Origin: Eledone cirrhosa
Taxonomy: Eukaryota
Assembly (NCBI GenBank): GCA_964016885.1
Contig: OZ024745.1
Location: forward strand, 102,238,001 to 102,302,000
Length of the DNA: 64,000 nt
Direction of reading: 5' to 3'
Part shown: one piece after another, positions 49,192-63,526 of the stretch
Layout of the letters: each line of letters begins with the position of its first letter
Numbering within the stretch: position 1 is the stretch's first letter
The notes under the pieces: model-generated
Seen by the model: only the letters and a program-made list of their open reading frames with translations
Told to the model about the DNA's origin: nothing
Database searches by the model: none
Program-made: the position numbers and the translations under genes

Positions 49192-49775
49192 ATATATATA
49201 TATATTAATAAAAAGGAATTCCAGCTTTGTCTGATTTACTCGTTTTATTTACAATCCTTTAAAATTATAATGATTATTATAATGAAATAGTATGGTAGAA
49301 TGTTAAATGTTAATTGAACAAGTACTTTCATGCTTTCACAATTTTCAGGTTCATATTCAGTAGTGACAGTCAAGTTTGCAGGGTGGGTGTGTCTGTGCGT
49401 GCGTGTGTGTGTCTGTGCATGCGTGTGTGTGTTCACAGTTACTTTTGTGTTCGAGATTCTCCACATTTTCTAAAGAATTTGAATTCACTTGACACAGTTG
49501 TCTTATTTATTTATTATATTAGTTGTCTTATTTATTATATAATAATATATAAGATCAAAAGATGGTTAAAAGAGTTCCATGTATTTTATTATGTGCATTT
49601 CAAAAACAAATATCATCATGCAATAACATTTGCGTTTTCATCAGATAAAATAGGGAGACATGATATGAAGGTTAAAACACACTTGTGAATAGTGCAGTTT
49701 TAAATCAACATATTAAATCAACATACTTATCCGATATCTGCATTGCTTTACTGTACTACAATAAAACTCCCCTCC

Positions 49776-49816
<41 letters not shown>

Positions 49817-50827
49817 GGAAAAGAATGAAACAAAATTTAATTTCTCACTCCTAGTATGGCTGATACTTAAATGTATGTATACATACATACATATATGTAT
49901 ACAGACGTACAGTATATATACATACTACTGTACATCTGTATACATATATGTATGTATACATACTTACATTTATATATATATATCTATATATACACACACA
50001 TACATACAGGTGTATATATATATAGAACACATATCTATTACAATCTGATGTATATTTTTAAAATATGCACATATAAAACAGTTATTTTTAATACCAAACT
50101 TTAAATTTATCAAAATCTAAATTTCAAATACAATAGAAACATTTTACTCCACGTCATATGTTGAACCAAGATGTGCACATAGTAGACTTATTCACAAGTG
50201 ATATATATATTTATACACATATATATATATATATATACATATATATACATATATATATATACATACATATATATACATATATATATATATATACATACAT
50301 ATATATATATACATATTTATATATACATATTTATATATTAAAGCATGAGATAAAATATGGATTTTGATTATTTTGGAACCTATTTATTATTATAAGAGAT
50401 TTGGAACTGTAGCTTATTTTCCTGATCCCACAGACAATGGATGCATAAGGTTCTATCTTACTCTCTCTGATACCGAGGATTTCCTTTAATTGGTGAAATA
50501 ATTGCACAGTTCGAAATAGGGAAACTAACATGTCTTGTCAGTTTCACCTGCTCAGTTTATAAACGAGCGCACATGTGAACTTAACTTTAACGAACCCCAA
50601 CCCTAATCATAAAAATGATATGAAAATGGTGACGAGGAAGGACGTTTGACCAAGGCTCTCCAAACTAAATATAATAATATCACCAAAAAATGCCCTTTTA
50701 ACACATGTGAGATGAATTACAATATTATTACAAACACTTTCACTGTTCCCTGGCTATTAGAACCAGTTTCAACATAACATTACTTCAACGAAGTATATCT
50801 GATTTTTTTCCAACAAACCACATGTAG

Positions 50828-51489
50828 ACATGAATGAAAAAAATAAATCACTACATCCCCTAGGGATCACAGTAAGTACTTTCCAAACTCTATAAACAAC
50901 AATATGCACACAGATTTATATATAGATACATACCACACAGGCATATACACACAAAGTGAAAAGAAACTACACTATTTCGCGTGAGAGACTATACCTCCCA
51001 ATCTGACATACATTATAAACCCATTCTGAACACTGACCGCTTCTAACCCACATACACCTTTTAATTATATATACATGCACAGATCTTTTTGTATACACTG
51101 TTCTGAATTCAAATCCTGCCTCCTGTCACCAGAATAATGATGATACTTCTGCCAAGAATTAGCAGATAGTATTTTTATCAGGTAGACAAATATTTAGTTT
51201 TTGTAAGAAGAATGTAACTAATTCAATTAAACTTACTATGTTGCCATTTCGTAATTTATTACCTTGTTAAACTCTTGGTATACTTTCTCACTCCTCCTCT
51301 TTCCCACACCTGTCATATACCCTGACATGAACAGGAAAAAAAAAAATCACTACATTCCTTAGGAATCGCAGTAAGTACTTCTCAAAATCTATAAACAACA
51401 ATATACACACAGATTTATATATAGATACATACCACACACACATATACACACAAGTGAAAAGAAAACACACTATTTCGTTTGAGACATAC
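50828..51489. repeat. Dispersed direct duplication of ~165 bp (50828-50993 and 51324-51489)
   Basis: Both copies contain aatcactacat..cagtaagtactt..ctataaacaacaatat..cagatttatatatagatacataccacaca..aagtgaaaagaaa..cactatttcg. Confidence 0.9.
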
Positions 51490-51496
51490 TTGATCT

Positions 51497-54400
51497 TCAG
51501 GCATTTGCTGCCAGTTCATCCAAAGACTTGGGCTGTGCGCCCGCAAAGGGTGCTTTACGCCTTGGCCGACCAGGTCTGAAACCCAGGCTAATTAGGCTGT
51601 CTTTTTCGAACTCAACTGAGGCACGTTCATATCTTTTGGCCTCTGATAAAGCTAGGCGTGAAAGTCGGATTGCCTTCCGAACACGCCCTGGTATTCCACC
51701 TGATGTCCACCCAAAGCTGCGTGCTGCAGCTTCCTTAAACCGTAGCTCAACAGAACATGAAAGCTTCAGCCTACATGATGATGGGCAGATATGGAAGTTT
51801 ATTAAGGCTGGTGAAACATGGAAAAGAGATACCAGCTGGTCTGAAGACACTGTACCCACAACAACTGACAATAAAAAAACTGAAAAAACTCTGGGAAACT
51901 AAATCAGAACAACCTGCCATCCCCTGCACATAACCATATACTGGAATCAAGGTACAAATTGTTGTCCTTGAATGCACGTAGTCTATGCAATAAGATTAAT
52001 CTTTTTGACTCCTACATCAAAAGTATCAACCCTGACTTCATTACAGTCATGGAAACATGGGCACATTCTTTACTCTGTGATGGGGTTTTTAGCAAGCATA
52101 ACTGGCTACAACTTGTTTCGCAAAGACCACATTAATCGTCATGGTGGTGTTGTAATGGTCTACGTTCGGTCGAATTTTTCGGCAATTCCTTGTGTTGATT
52201 TGAACCAATCGCAGCAGGAAGTATTTTTCTGCGATATATGTATAACCATGTCAACATTGCTACTTGGAATCGTTTACCGTCCCCACAAATTACCATCAGG
52301 ACACTCAACTTTGTGATATCCTCAGAGTTGCTGCCAGGAAAACAGCCACTTATGTTTTTATTGCCGGGGACTTCAATCACCCTGATATTGACTGGGAAAC
52401 CTTTCGTTGGCTGCCAAGTGCAAATGACTTCCTTAAGCTAGTGCTGCACTCAAACTGGTCCCAAGTAGTCACCTCCCCAACAAGAGGTGACAACACTTTG
52501 GACCTACTCTTCACCTCTACTCCTGAAATGGTTATTAGTGTTACTACTGAGGAATCTTTAGGTGGCTCTGATCATGCTATGATCATTGCCAATAACAAAA
52601 ACCACAACCATCTCCAAACTGCTCACTTTGACTGGAATAAAGCAGACTGGAACTGTTACAGCACCGAGTTGCAACATCCAAATTGGCTTGAGTTCTACGA
52701 CTCTGGAGATGTCAACACTGTACTCCAGAACATCCTGAGCAGCATCGGTGCCATATAAGCAGAAAAAACATCCCAAAAGTGCAATTTGGGAGACTGCAGC
52801 AGTCCGTCTTGCCAAAAAAGAACATTGTAATGCTGAACGTGAGTATAAACGGCATAAATCAATAGGAAGAAGCGAAATAAATCATCCAACCATCTCAAAC
52901 AGGTGACAAAAAAGGCAGTGCTTCAATTTAAGCAACGCATAGCAACCAGCCCTGACAGCAAGGTGTTCTGGAAGTATGTTCACTCAAAACAGAGGCCTCA
53001 CTCTCTAGTTGGTCCTCTTCGGAATCCCCACACAAGCCAGGTTACTGATGACCCCAAGGAATGCACAGAGCTCATTGCTGAATGCTATACAGGCATTTTC
53101 ACTATTGAAGTATTGAAGACCAGAGTGTTCCGTCTCTACTACCTCTGACATCGTATTCTATTACAACTTTTTATACCTGCAATGCTGCAACATCACCTTA
53201 AAAATAAATGCAACTATGCCTCTCCTGGTCTTGCTGGTGTTACGTACCTGCTTCTCAAACATGGTGGGTACTTCCTTCTGCACCAGCTATCATGCTTCTT
53301 CCAATTCTGTCTGAACAACGGTGCTACTCCAGAAGAGTGGAAAACTGCCAGTGTCATTCTTCTGTTCAAAAAGGGTGACCGCACATCACCTGTGAACTAT
53401 CGTCCAGTCAGTCTTACTAGCTGCATTGCCAAACTGATGGAATCCTGTGTCAGAGAAACGCTTTGGAACTTCTGGAACCCTCACAATCTTTTCCGGACCT
53501 CGCAATTTGGATTTATCCCTAACTCTAGCTGCTGTGATCAGCTTATCGAGTTTCTTGAAGACATCACCCGGATCACTGATGGCAGTTCATGGGTGGATGT
53601 TGTTTACCTTGACTTTGCTAAAGCTTTCAATTCTGTGCCACACAAAAGACTTATGGCAAAACTCTCTGCAATGGGTGTGAAGGATGATCTTTTTAACTGG
53701 TTGAAGTCCTTCATTCTCAGTCGAAGAGAGGTAGTCACGGTTCTAGGATAGCATTCCTCACCATATGAGATGTCATCTGGTGTACCACAGGGATCTGTTC
53801 TTGGCCCCCTTTTGTTTGTGGCATATATTAATGACATAGATGCCAACTTAAAGAATGTCACAGTACTGAAATATGCGGATGACATCAAGCTGTACCTTGA
53901 GATAAAAAGGACAGATCCTGAAGACTATAGATCTTACCTGCAATCTGACCTGGACACAATGCAACAATAGATCACAGTCTGGCAACTGAAGCTAGCTGTG
54001 GACAAGTGTACCACCATGCATTTTGGGAGTAAAAACTCAGCGTCCACATACTCCCTCCACAACACTAATATCAAGAAATCTTCTTGTCAACGTGACCTGG
54101 GCATTACGGTCAGCAGCAATTTGCGTTGGACGAAGCATGTCTCTAAAATTGTCAAGAAGGCCGAGGGTGTCTTAGCATCACTCAGCAAGACCTTTGTCAG
54201 CCGCTCTCCAGCTATCTATTTAAAGCTGTATATAGCTATGGTGCGGCCACACTTAGAATTTGCATCACCAGCCTGGAACCCCTATCTTGCTCAGAACATT
54301 GACCGCTTGGAAACTATTCAGAGACGTGCAACCAAGCGAATACCCTCCATCAGGCATCTACCATACTCTGCACGCCTTGCTTCCCTGGGCATGGATACAT

Positions 54401-54816
54401 TGAAGCTCCGACGTCTGGCAACTGACTTGGTAAACACCCACAAAATTATTAACCATCTTGATTTCCATGTGTCTAACACACGTGGGCATGCCCACAAAGT
54501 CAGAAAACAGCACAGCTCCCATGACTTTCGGAAACATTTTCCCGCTCAGAGTTGCTGAAGCATGGAACAAACTACCTGCATCAGCTGTTAGCTGTCGAGA
54601 CACTGCATCCTTTAAAACCTCCATGCTTCCTGAGGTTCGCCAACACTACACCTAATATTCCCCTTCCATACATATGCACACATGTATATCATGACTCATA
54701 CACTATTCACTTCCCTGACATTTGTATATTTTTCTATGTATTATACATGCACCTTTGACGAGTTGTAGTGCACCTGAGCACTGTACACAATAATTTCTTT
54801 ATTATATTATTATTAT
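51497..54816 (+). mobile_element. CR1-clade LINE, decayed (ORF1 end, ORF2 APE and RT, 3' UTR, (ATT)n tail)
   Basis: GYNLFRKD, GIVYRP, AGDFNHPDIDW, TLDLLFT, GSDH; NYRPVSLTS, YLDFAKAFNSVPH, GVPQGSVLGPLLF, YADD; VRPHLEFASPAWNP, TRGH..K, WNKLP. Multiple stops and frameshifts. Confidence 0.93.
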
Positions 54817-55229
54817 ACTAATCATTCCCCCAACTACTGACACTCATGAAATCTTCTTACCCTCTCCCTCCCATAGAGTAGAGATAGTTCTTCAGTAAAG
54901 TCTGTGCGTGACAACCCCCTAGTGCTGGTACCATGATAAAACACATTTGTAGAGTCATTGATGTTGAAAAGGGCTTCCAGTCGTAGAAACTCTGCCAAAA
55001 ATATTCACTTCCAAAAGCTTCAATGTTTTTGAATATTTTAAGAAGCTTTGATGTCAAATACAAATCATAAATAAATTATTAGCAAATTAATATACAATAA
55101 TACCCTGCTGAGTACTACTTCATTAATCACTGATTTACTATAATGTTTTTCTCTTGGATACATTATTTTAAATAGTATAGCAATAACAACAGGACAATAT
55201 CTCCAGTGCTGCTGCCCCAATACAAAATA

Positions 55230-55520
55230 CACTTTGTACCCTCTGTAATGCGGTTGATGATAAGAAAAGCATCTAGCTGTAGAAACTATGCCAACAAAGA
55301 GTTGAAAAGATTCTTCAGTTGTGTAACACAATAAAACAGTCGTGGACACAATAAAACACATCTAGTACACTCTCTAAAGTGGTTGGTGATAGACAGGGCA
55401 TCCAGCCATAAAAACAAACATGCCAAACAAAGAATCAAGAGGACTCTTCAGTTGTTTCAAAGACATTACAATCTCCATAATGCTGGTGCTACAATAAAAT
55501 GTACCAACCACACTCTATAG
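55230..55520 (+). repeat. Old tandemly duplicated RTE-3'UTR-like segments
   Basis: Two to three degenerate ~130-bp units (ctctgtaa..ggttg..tgatag..gcatc.agc.gtagaaac..tgccaa). Related pieces are at 37590-37730 and 54920-55000. Confidence 0.55.
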
Positions 55521-55928
55521 AGAACAGGAGCATATGTGAGCATGAAGCAGCTCCCAACCAGTCTGAGAACTGGTGAAGTATCTTAGTTGAAAAAGTCAAT
55601 AGTTTGTCAGGTGAGGAAGAACCATAAGCATTTTATCAAGACTGATGAAAAACAGTGGTATCGCAACTGACTATGGATTAGGATATGTGGCATGTCTGCC
55701 ATTCATCATGAATGATGAACTTACAAGTTTTAGTTGACAGTAAATGGTTTCTGCACAGTTTCTATTTAAATAATTTCATTCACAAGACTTGAATCAACCT
55801 GAGAGAATGGTAAAAGATATTTGCTAAAATTATTACATCGTGGAATGGAACCTGCAAACCAGTGGTTGAAAATCAAAATTCTTAATCATTCAGCCTTACT
55901 CCATCTATTTGAATTGGTTGAAAATAAT

Positions 55929-56113
55929 TGTTTCTACTTTAGGCACAAGGCCAGCAATTACCCAATACATTACTGGTACTTTATTTTATCGACCCCGTAA
56001 GGATGAAAGGCAAAGTCAACCTCGGCGGGATTTGAACTCAGATCGTAAAGGGACGTAACTATGCTGGAAAGCATGGCGTCCGACCCTCTACCGATACTGC
56101 CAATCCACCGCCC
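55929..56113 (-). mobile_element. SINE A, near consensus
   Basis: Family match with TSD ctat(t)ngaattggttgaaaataat. Confidence 0.93.
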
Positions 56114-56433
56114 TATTTTTTTTTTTTTTTTTTTTTTGAATTGGTTGAAAATAATGAGATGCAAAATGGTTCATATTCCACTAGCACTGCTCTGCATAGA
56201 TAGCCAAAGGTAAAGATATTTAACATTGCTTCATCTACCTAACTACACATATATATGCATGTTTATATTCATAAACAGATGTTAAACAATTATGATGCTG
56301 ATATATGTAACTATAGACACAATGATGTCACACTTACTTTAAAGAGATGAATTTAATTCATTACAGCATGGTGGCAAATTAATTCAACAACAGTAAAAAG
56401 CCTATTGCAGATGGAAGCTAAAGAATGATAAAT

Positions 56434-56479
56434 AAGAGAGAGAGAGAGAGAGAGAGCAGGAGAGAGAGAGAGAGAGAAA

Positions 56480-56512
<33 letters not shown>

Positions 56513-56590
56513 CATGCGATAGCGAGATAGAGTGAGAGAGAGAGAGAGAGCACGCGATAGCGAGATAGAGCGAGAGATAGAGCAAGAGAG
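56434..56590. repeat. (AG)n microsatellite with a duplicated gcgatagcgagatagag insert
   Basis: Direct inspection. Confidence 0.9.
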
Positions 56591-57649
56591 AAAGTAGTTG
56601 ATGGAAATAATGGACAAATAGTGAGAATTCCATATGCCAGAACTTTTGACTACATGGGTACACTGGTACTATATATAATATAGTCATTATATCTTCGTTG
56701 TGAACTGGAATGTAAATTTCCTCAAAGATAGATGCCACACTGAGAAGATTATACACAAATCAATGCATTTTAATTCGTCATCTAAATAATCTATTCATTA
56801 CATTCTTGGAATCTTCCAGAAATATTTGAATAAATTGAACACTGGCTGATCAATAATAACTACACAATAGAAAGCAACCAATAATTGATATTCTATATTG
56901 TATATATTAATTGAATAAAACTGATCGCATTATTGATTACAAATCTAACAACATTTTTATTTTTTGCTGTTTTATATGCTTGTCTCCACTTATAGTCTAC
57001 AACTTGTTTTATATATCTGTCAGCATTTACTAGCTACACCTAGTTTTCTATGTCTGTCAGTGTTTATAGTCTACACTTAGTTTTCATATCCCAACAATTT
57101 GTTTACGACACTAGACTAATTTTGTTTTCGAAGATTTCTCAATAGTTTTATTTATTAATTTACAAAACTATTTTTTAAATTTCTAGACAGCATTTTAAGT
57201 TATATATGTCATCATCATTCTCATTGGTTGTCTGTTGTAGCAGACAGCTGCAATCTTCTTCCACCTATTACAGCTTTCCTAATCAAATATAATACTTTTG
57301 TTGTAGGCAATGGTGGAGTTTGAATTCCTAGATGAAATTTGAACTCAGAACACAAAGTACTGTTAGGCATCTCATCAAATGTTCTAAATATTTTGCTAAT
57401 TCACAACCATGGACTACTGTATTTTACTTTATTGATTCTTAAAAGATGAAAGGCAAAGTAGGCCATGCCAAGATTTGAACTCAGACCAAACAGAATCAAA
57501 CAAATATTATGTGATACTCAAGTACTTGCATGTTGATTCATGATTTGGATGTTCAGTTGATCCAACAACAGAATTCTCATTGTCAAACCTAATGAAGGAT
57601 CCATCATTATCTCAATTTACCCATTCTCTTATTTTAGTTTTTCTTTGTA

Positions 57650-58395
57650 GAAGATTCTTTTTCTTTTCCCACTTATTCCTGGGAGGGGCATGGTGGTAGA
57701 GTCCATAGACAAGCTTTCCAAAGGGTCCCATCAGAAACAACCATCTCCAATTGATCCAGCTGGATACCCAAGCGATAACAATCAAGTTATCTAACCATCT
57801 GGCTCATCATACACCTCTTCGTCTTTTGTGTGTTGGCTTTGCCCAAGAGACCTGTCCAGTGATTCTTTCCTTAGGCATTCTAACTACATGTCCATAATAC
57901 CAGAGCTGTGATCTCGCGATTCAGAAAAGTAACAGTTCTACCTGGAGTGACTCCCTGATCTTCAAGCTATGCACCCAATCGAGTAATGTTACTTCAATGA
58001 CCCTCTGGAGGAACCCCATTCCAGCCTAATTGTATTTACAATCACATTCTTTTATTCAAGATTCATGACCAAACTGAATTGAAGATAGTGAGTTTGGCCC
58101 ATACACCTATCTCCCTTCTTCTGATGACCAAGTGCTGAAGTAAGAGTATTATTGCACCAGCTCCAGCAATTCTTGCATTTAATTCAACCTTTAGCCTTTC
58201 ATCACCTGTGAAAATGTCCCTGACATACTTAAACTTCTCCACCTGCTTCAGTGGGACTCCATTCACATGTGAAGTGCAGTATATAGGATTTCTTTTGAGA
58301 ACAAGTGTCTCAGTCTTTGCAGCACTGATTTCCATTCCTGCTATACAGCAATTAGCAGCAAAACTACCCAGTGCATGTTTGAGATCACCTTCCAA
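57650..58395 (-). pseudogene. Decayed RTE-like LINE 3' part
   Basis: GMEISAAKTETLV..PLKQVEKFKYV..ELNARIAGA, then a QLWYYGHVVRM-like C-terminus. Confidence 0.8.
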
Positions 58396-60023
58396 TTAAA
58401 ATATTCTTCAGTATGAGCTACTATATTTTCAAGAGATCGCTTCAGGTTTTCCATCCATGTTACACTTGTATCATGACTGTATTACGAATGCATTTTCTTT
58501 TTTAAGAGAGCATCTCTTCTTCCATTTGTCCATATAGTAAGGGGAATAATCAGTCTTCAAAATATCCTAACAATGATAGTATGGTCTTAAATAATAGTAG
58601 ATGTAATAATAGTGACATTGTGGAGGTAATGGTGTTGGTCATGAAGAGGCTTGTACTCTGGGGAGTGATGTTTATTGTTATTGCTGTTGCTGAACAGACT
58701 AATAGTCAGACATAACAAACTATATTTTTTTCTGTCTCTTTTCAGATATAGTATACATTGGACTATAGTAGCCAATTTGCCCTCCATTTTTCTTTAAAAA
58801 GCAAGGTGAGATTTGAAGGTGATTTAATTGCTATTTCTAGCTGACCAAAAGACTGTAAAGAGGCTTATTCATTGATCATGACAGCTGTAGTGGAAATGGT
58901 ACTAATAATAGTGGCTAGTGGCATAGGTAGCTATACTACTGGTTCTGGTGGTTAGATTTCCTCAGGCATAAATTAAAGGGAAAGCTATATGATAAAATAT
59001 ACTAAAGAAACCACACTGAGCAGACAGTGAATAAAAAGATATATTGATTAAAACAATATTTCCAAGAAACATAAATCATGTAAGCACAGATGTATTTAGT
59101 GACCCAAGTACAAAATGAAGTTTGTAATCCATTATCTACAATGAAATATTTCTTCTCCTCTAGATAATTCATCATTTTACTTTCAACATTATCAGAAGCT
59201 GATAAATCCCACAGGTCAATAGGGAACAAATAACATATTTTTTGTACATTAATTACTAACTTTAATTGTTTTGTGAATTACATTAGAACTTATGATTGGC
59301 ATCTAACATGGTTGGAGGCCAATTCCAATTTATATCTTTGCTTTATCTGTATGCTGTGGCGAATATCAATTTTGTTTTCTTCACCTACAGAGATTTATTC
59401 TTTCCCCAGATAATTATTTCATAACCAGACAGAATTATATATTTCTTTATTAATTTTACATATTATAACCCACTATTACCCTAATGCTTTATGTCATATT
59501 TTTTTTAACAACCTCTGCTGTGTTGCAGTGATAAATGGATACTTTTTCTGATACAGAGTTTTGTTAATATAGGTTTCAGCTAGGAATGATACTGCTGCAG
59601 ACATGCCCCATCTAATCTTTTTTTTTTTATCAGTTAGTTGGATGGATGATTAATCAGCAGAGGCATTAGGATGTCAGATGAAATGCCTCAATATTAGTTC
59701 AAGCTTGCTGAGGTTTGAGTTCAAATCTTACCAAAGACAACTTTGCTTTCCACCATTTCAGGGTTGATAAATAAAATATCATTCCAGGTGTTGTGGATTA
59801 GCAGAATTATTAAAGAGTTCAATGAATACTTCGTAGTATCTGATATAACTGCTTTCTGATTTCAAATCCCAACTCCTACCAAGAGTTGCTACCAGCAGAT
59901 AGTATCAGCAATGAATAGACCAATGGAAATATAATTTCTTTGAGATAATCTGTTGATCATCTTTCTTTTTTTTTATGACATTTATTTAACATTCTGTGTG
60001 AAAGAGTCATTTTAGCCATTTAA

Positions 60024-60236
60024 CCCTTTAGCATTTAAACCAGCCCTATCCGGCCAGAATTCTCTCACCTCTTTCTGTTCAAACTGGCCATAACTGGTCG
60101 CTCATACCAATGTTAAGGTATTGTTCTCAAAATAAATAATATCAAAATCTCAAAGATTCAATATTATGTGAGATAATTGTGTGCCTTTACCATGAAAATA
60201 TTATAGTAAATATAGAGTAATGTAGATTCTAAAGGG
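60024..60236. mobile_element. piggyBac-type MITE (second full copy)
   Basis: TTAA|CCCTTTAG ... CTAAAGGG|TTAA. The interior is homologous to 1528-1764 in inverted orientation. Confidence 0.85.
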
Positions 60237-61559
60237 TTAAAACATAAACAATTATTAACTTTATTTTATACATATATATTTTTTTTGTTTCCTAATATCA
60301 AAATTGTCACTGCATTGTCTAATCACTGATACAGTTCCACTGCAATTGACATGAAATTTCAAGTCAGTTGCTGGAGAATTGTGTCAATGGCCAAGTCACA
60401 CTCAGTGCAGTAACAAGTTTGACACTAAGTAATAAATAATATCCATATAAAGTAAAGCTAACAGTTGGGTGTTCTTAAATGCAGTAGTTCTTTTAGTTTC
60501 AACACAGTCTCAGATCATGTCACTTGCATAACAGCTAAAAAATTTCATAATACAGAGTTTGTTTTATTATATATTTCAACTAGTAATAATAGTACCTTGG
60601 AAATGCCCATTTTTCTTTTTTAATTAGTTGAAAAGGAAAAGCAACGCCCATAACTATTCAGGACATTAGTGATTGCTATTTGTGTAGAAGGGTGGAAGGT
60701 ATGCTCAAACTGGAGACTCAGCCCAAATATGTACAACAGACTGAATTTTGTTAAAGACACCCAAGGGCCAAGTACTTGTTTTAAACAGGATGATGGATAA
60801 AGTGTACTATCCAAATAGGCTATGGGGTGGGGGTGATAGGCCGATATGAACTCAGAATATAAAGAGCCTGAACAAATTCTACAAGGCATTTTACCCAATA
60901 TTCTAAGAATTCCATCAGTCCATCACCCAAGATTTGTATTTTATTTATCAATTCCCAAAAGATAAAAGGCAAGGTTAGGAAAGTGGACTTTGAACTCAGA
61001 ACACACATATACAAGAAAATGAAATAAAACCCAATAGTCTAATGCTTCTTCCATCAGCCATTGTATGTGCTATACAATGTTTTGTTGATGTAAATAAAGT
61101 GCTCATAAAGTGGTGTAAGTACAAGGCTAATTTCATGAAAGACAATCAGATAATCTGACACTGATTGAGAAACAGGATTATACAAATTTATAATGTTAAA
61201 TTATGTTAAAGTATGTAGTAGTTTGGGATAGAAAAATAAATGTGCATCATTAAATTTAATTCAGCTGACAGTAACTTAAAAGTAAACTAATTGTAATTTT
61301 GAGTTTCAGAAAAATATACATTAAATTTATGAAGCATATATTCTCTGCAATATGTGCGACTTGGTTGATGCAAGGTAAACATATTTTTGCAATACAGTGA
61401 CATCTCTGATGTGGTGTGGAAAATTAGTTTATCTTGCACCACACTACATATATAAAACAGATAAATAAACTTGCCAAAGACAAAATTATTTACGTTAAGT
61501 CATCTTCGGCAATTCTTCAAAGTATCAGAAAATCAGACATTTGATATTCTATTCAACCA

Positions 61560-63030
61560 TCTCTGATTCAAGTAATGCGTTTGTTCAAAACTTTAATAAC
61601 TAAGCTGTCATAACTTTTGTTAAAGAACTTCCTGGAGCAGGTCAATAGTAGGCATGTGTTAGTAACATGATGCCATCAGCCAGGGGAAGATAATCTCCTT
61701 TTTGTTCAGGCCATTCAAACCTTATCCTGAGATTGTAGCTTCAAGGCTGTTTCGAAAGAATTAAATGCTGAGGAATACATATGCAAGGCTGTTATTGCAG
61801 CACTTGCATTAGTAGACATTTATCAAAGATTTCTCAAAATTTCTGTATACAAATAATATTCAGCTGTCAATCAAGCTACAGCACATGATTCTACAAAATG
61901 ACATGCTGCTGGGTATGACATTTCAAAACTCAACATTATCTAAACTCTCAGGAATTTGAAGTTGAAAACAAAGAAATGAATGTTTGTAAGATGTTTCTAA
62001 ACTGTTGCTTTACCTGTGGAAGTAATTATCACCCTTAAGGAAAATGTTGCTCCACGTTAAATATAGGAGATAGGACAAATAAAGCTACTTTGTACAAGTA
62101 TATAAATTTTGTGACTTTCCTAAATAGACTGAAGCAAAAACTTCTGTTGATATCAAAAGTAGAGTTAAGAAGAGTTGTATCCTTGCACCAACTCTATTTG
62201 GAATATATTTTGCTATCTTAGTGCAGTATGCATTCAGTATAATACTTTGTAATGTCCTCCTTTGTTGAAAAACACATGGGTTCCCTTTTAACTTAACGTA
62301 ACTGAGTATAAAGACCAAGGTTTCAAAGCCCCCTATTTGGAATCTGTTGTTAGCTTATGATGCAGCTCTACATTCACCAAGAAATGATTAACAAGATTTC
62401 CTGAGCATGCAAAAACTTTTTCACAGGAGATTAGCTGAAATAAGACAGATATCCTATACCAAAGAAAGCAATACCTCTGGTTCCAGCATTTCAGATTGAT
62501 GCTAATTGGTAACAATTTATATGTTTTTCTACTTGAGCTATTCTGTAAAATCATAAAATCAATAGGCAATTTGGAAAAATTACAAAAAAAGCATAAAAGG
62601 AACAAAATATTCAATCCAAAAATTAGGACTAAAATCTATGAAGCTTGTATTATTCAGAATCATGAGTTCTAAACTCAAGACTTGAAATAAAAGAGAATTG
62701 TTTGCTTTTATGGCTTCATAAAATTCTAAATATCTCATGAGAAGATAAAATCATCAGTATTGAAGTGTTGTAACTAGTGGAATTGCCAAGCTTAATGTCA
62801 GTTCAGTGTAAGCAATAACTATAATGACACAGCCATGATAAATGTATGGATGAAAGCAGAATTCTAAAAGAGCTGCTCTTTAGTGAGCTTTCTCATGGAT
62901 CAAAAAGAAGAGGCAGACCCAAGCAGTATTTCAAAGACATCTGGAAGAATAGCCCAATCAAGTACCATACTGATTACAAGAAACTGATAAATATTGATAC
63001 AACTCAACAGCTTGGAGAACAGCAATGATT
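61560..63030 (+). pseudogene. Highly decayed RTE (BovB-like) LINE
   Basis: VKKSCILAPTLFGIYF (62163-62210) and MDESRILKELLFSELSHGSKRRGRPK (62846-62925). Confidence 0.75.
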
Positions 63031-63248
63031 ATTATGAAACAGGAAACAAATGGAGCTCTCCAGTTGAAATGTTAAAGATGAAAGGAGAAACAAATTGAAG
63101 CAAGTTGTACCTCACTAATTTGTGGTTTCTATCGAAGGGCTTCTGGTTCCAATATTGAAGAAATTAGCTGCAAAATGTTGTAATGTTGCTGTTCACACTG
63201 ACTATAACAGATGACAAAAGCTATTGTATGTACACACACACAATCACC

Positions 63249-63500
63249 ATCATCATCATCATCATCATCGTCATCATCGTCGTCTAACATCCATCTTCCA
63301 CGCCAGCATGGGTTAGACGGGTTTGTCCCATTTAGAGGCAAGTTGGGTTGGGTGACCATGTCTCGCTCATATAGGACAGTTTCTGGCTGGTTTTCTATGG
63401 CTGGAGGCTCTTCCTAGCACCAACCACATTTAGAGTGTGTGCTGGGTGCTTTTTTACCGTATCTTTTACACGACTACTTTATAGTGTGGGCTGGATATTT
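63249..63500 (-). mobile_element. RTE 3'-UTR-type tail
   Basis: (CAT)n then catcttccacgccagcatgggttagacggg..., similar to 22528-22750. Confidence 0.8.
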
Positions 63501-63526
63501 TGTAGCATCATATATATACATATATA

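Noticed and set aside
54755-54816. CR1 as the partner LINE of SINE A (both end in ATT repeats)
   Set aside because: The 3' terminal sequences show no convincing similarity beyond the tail.
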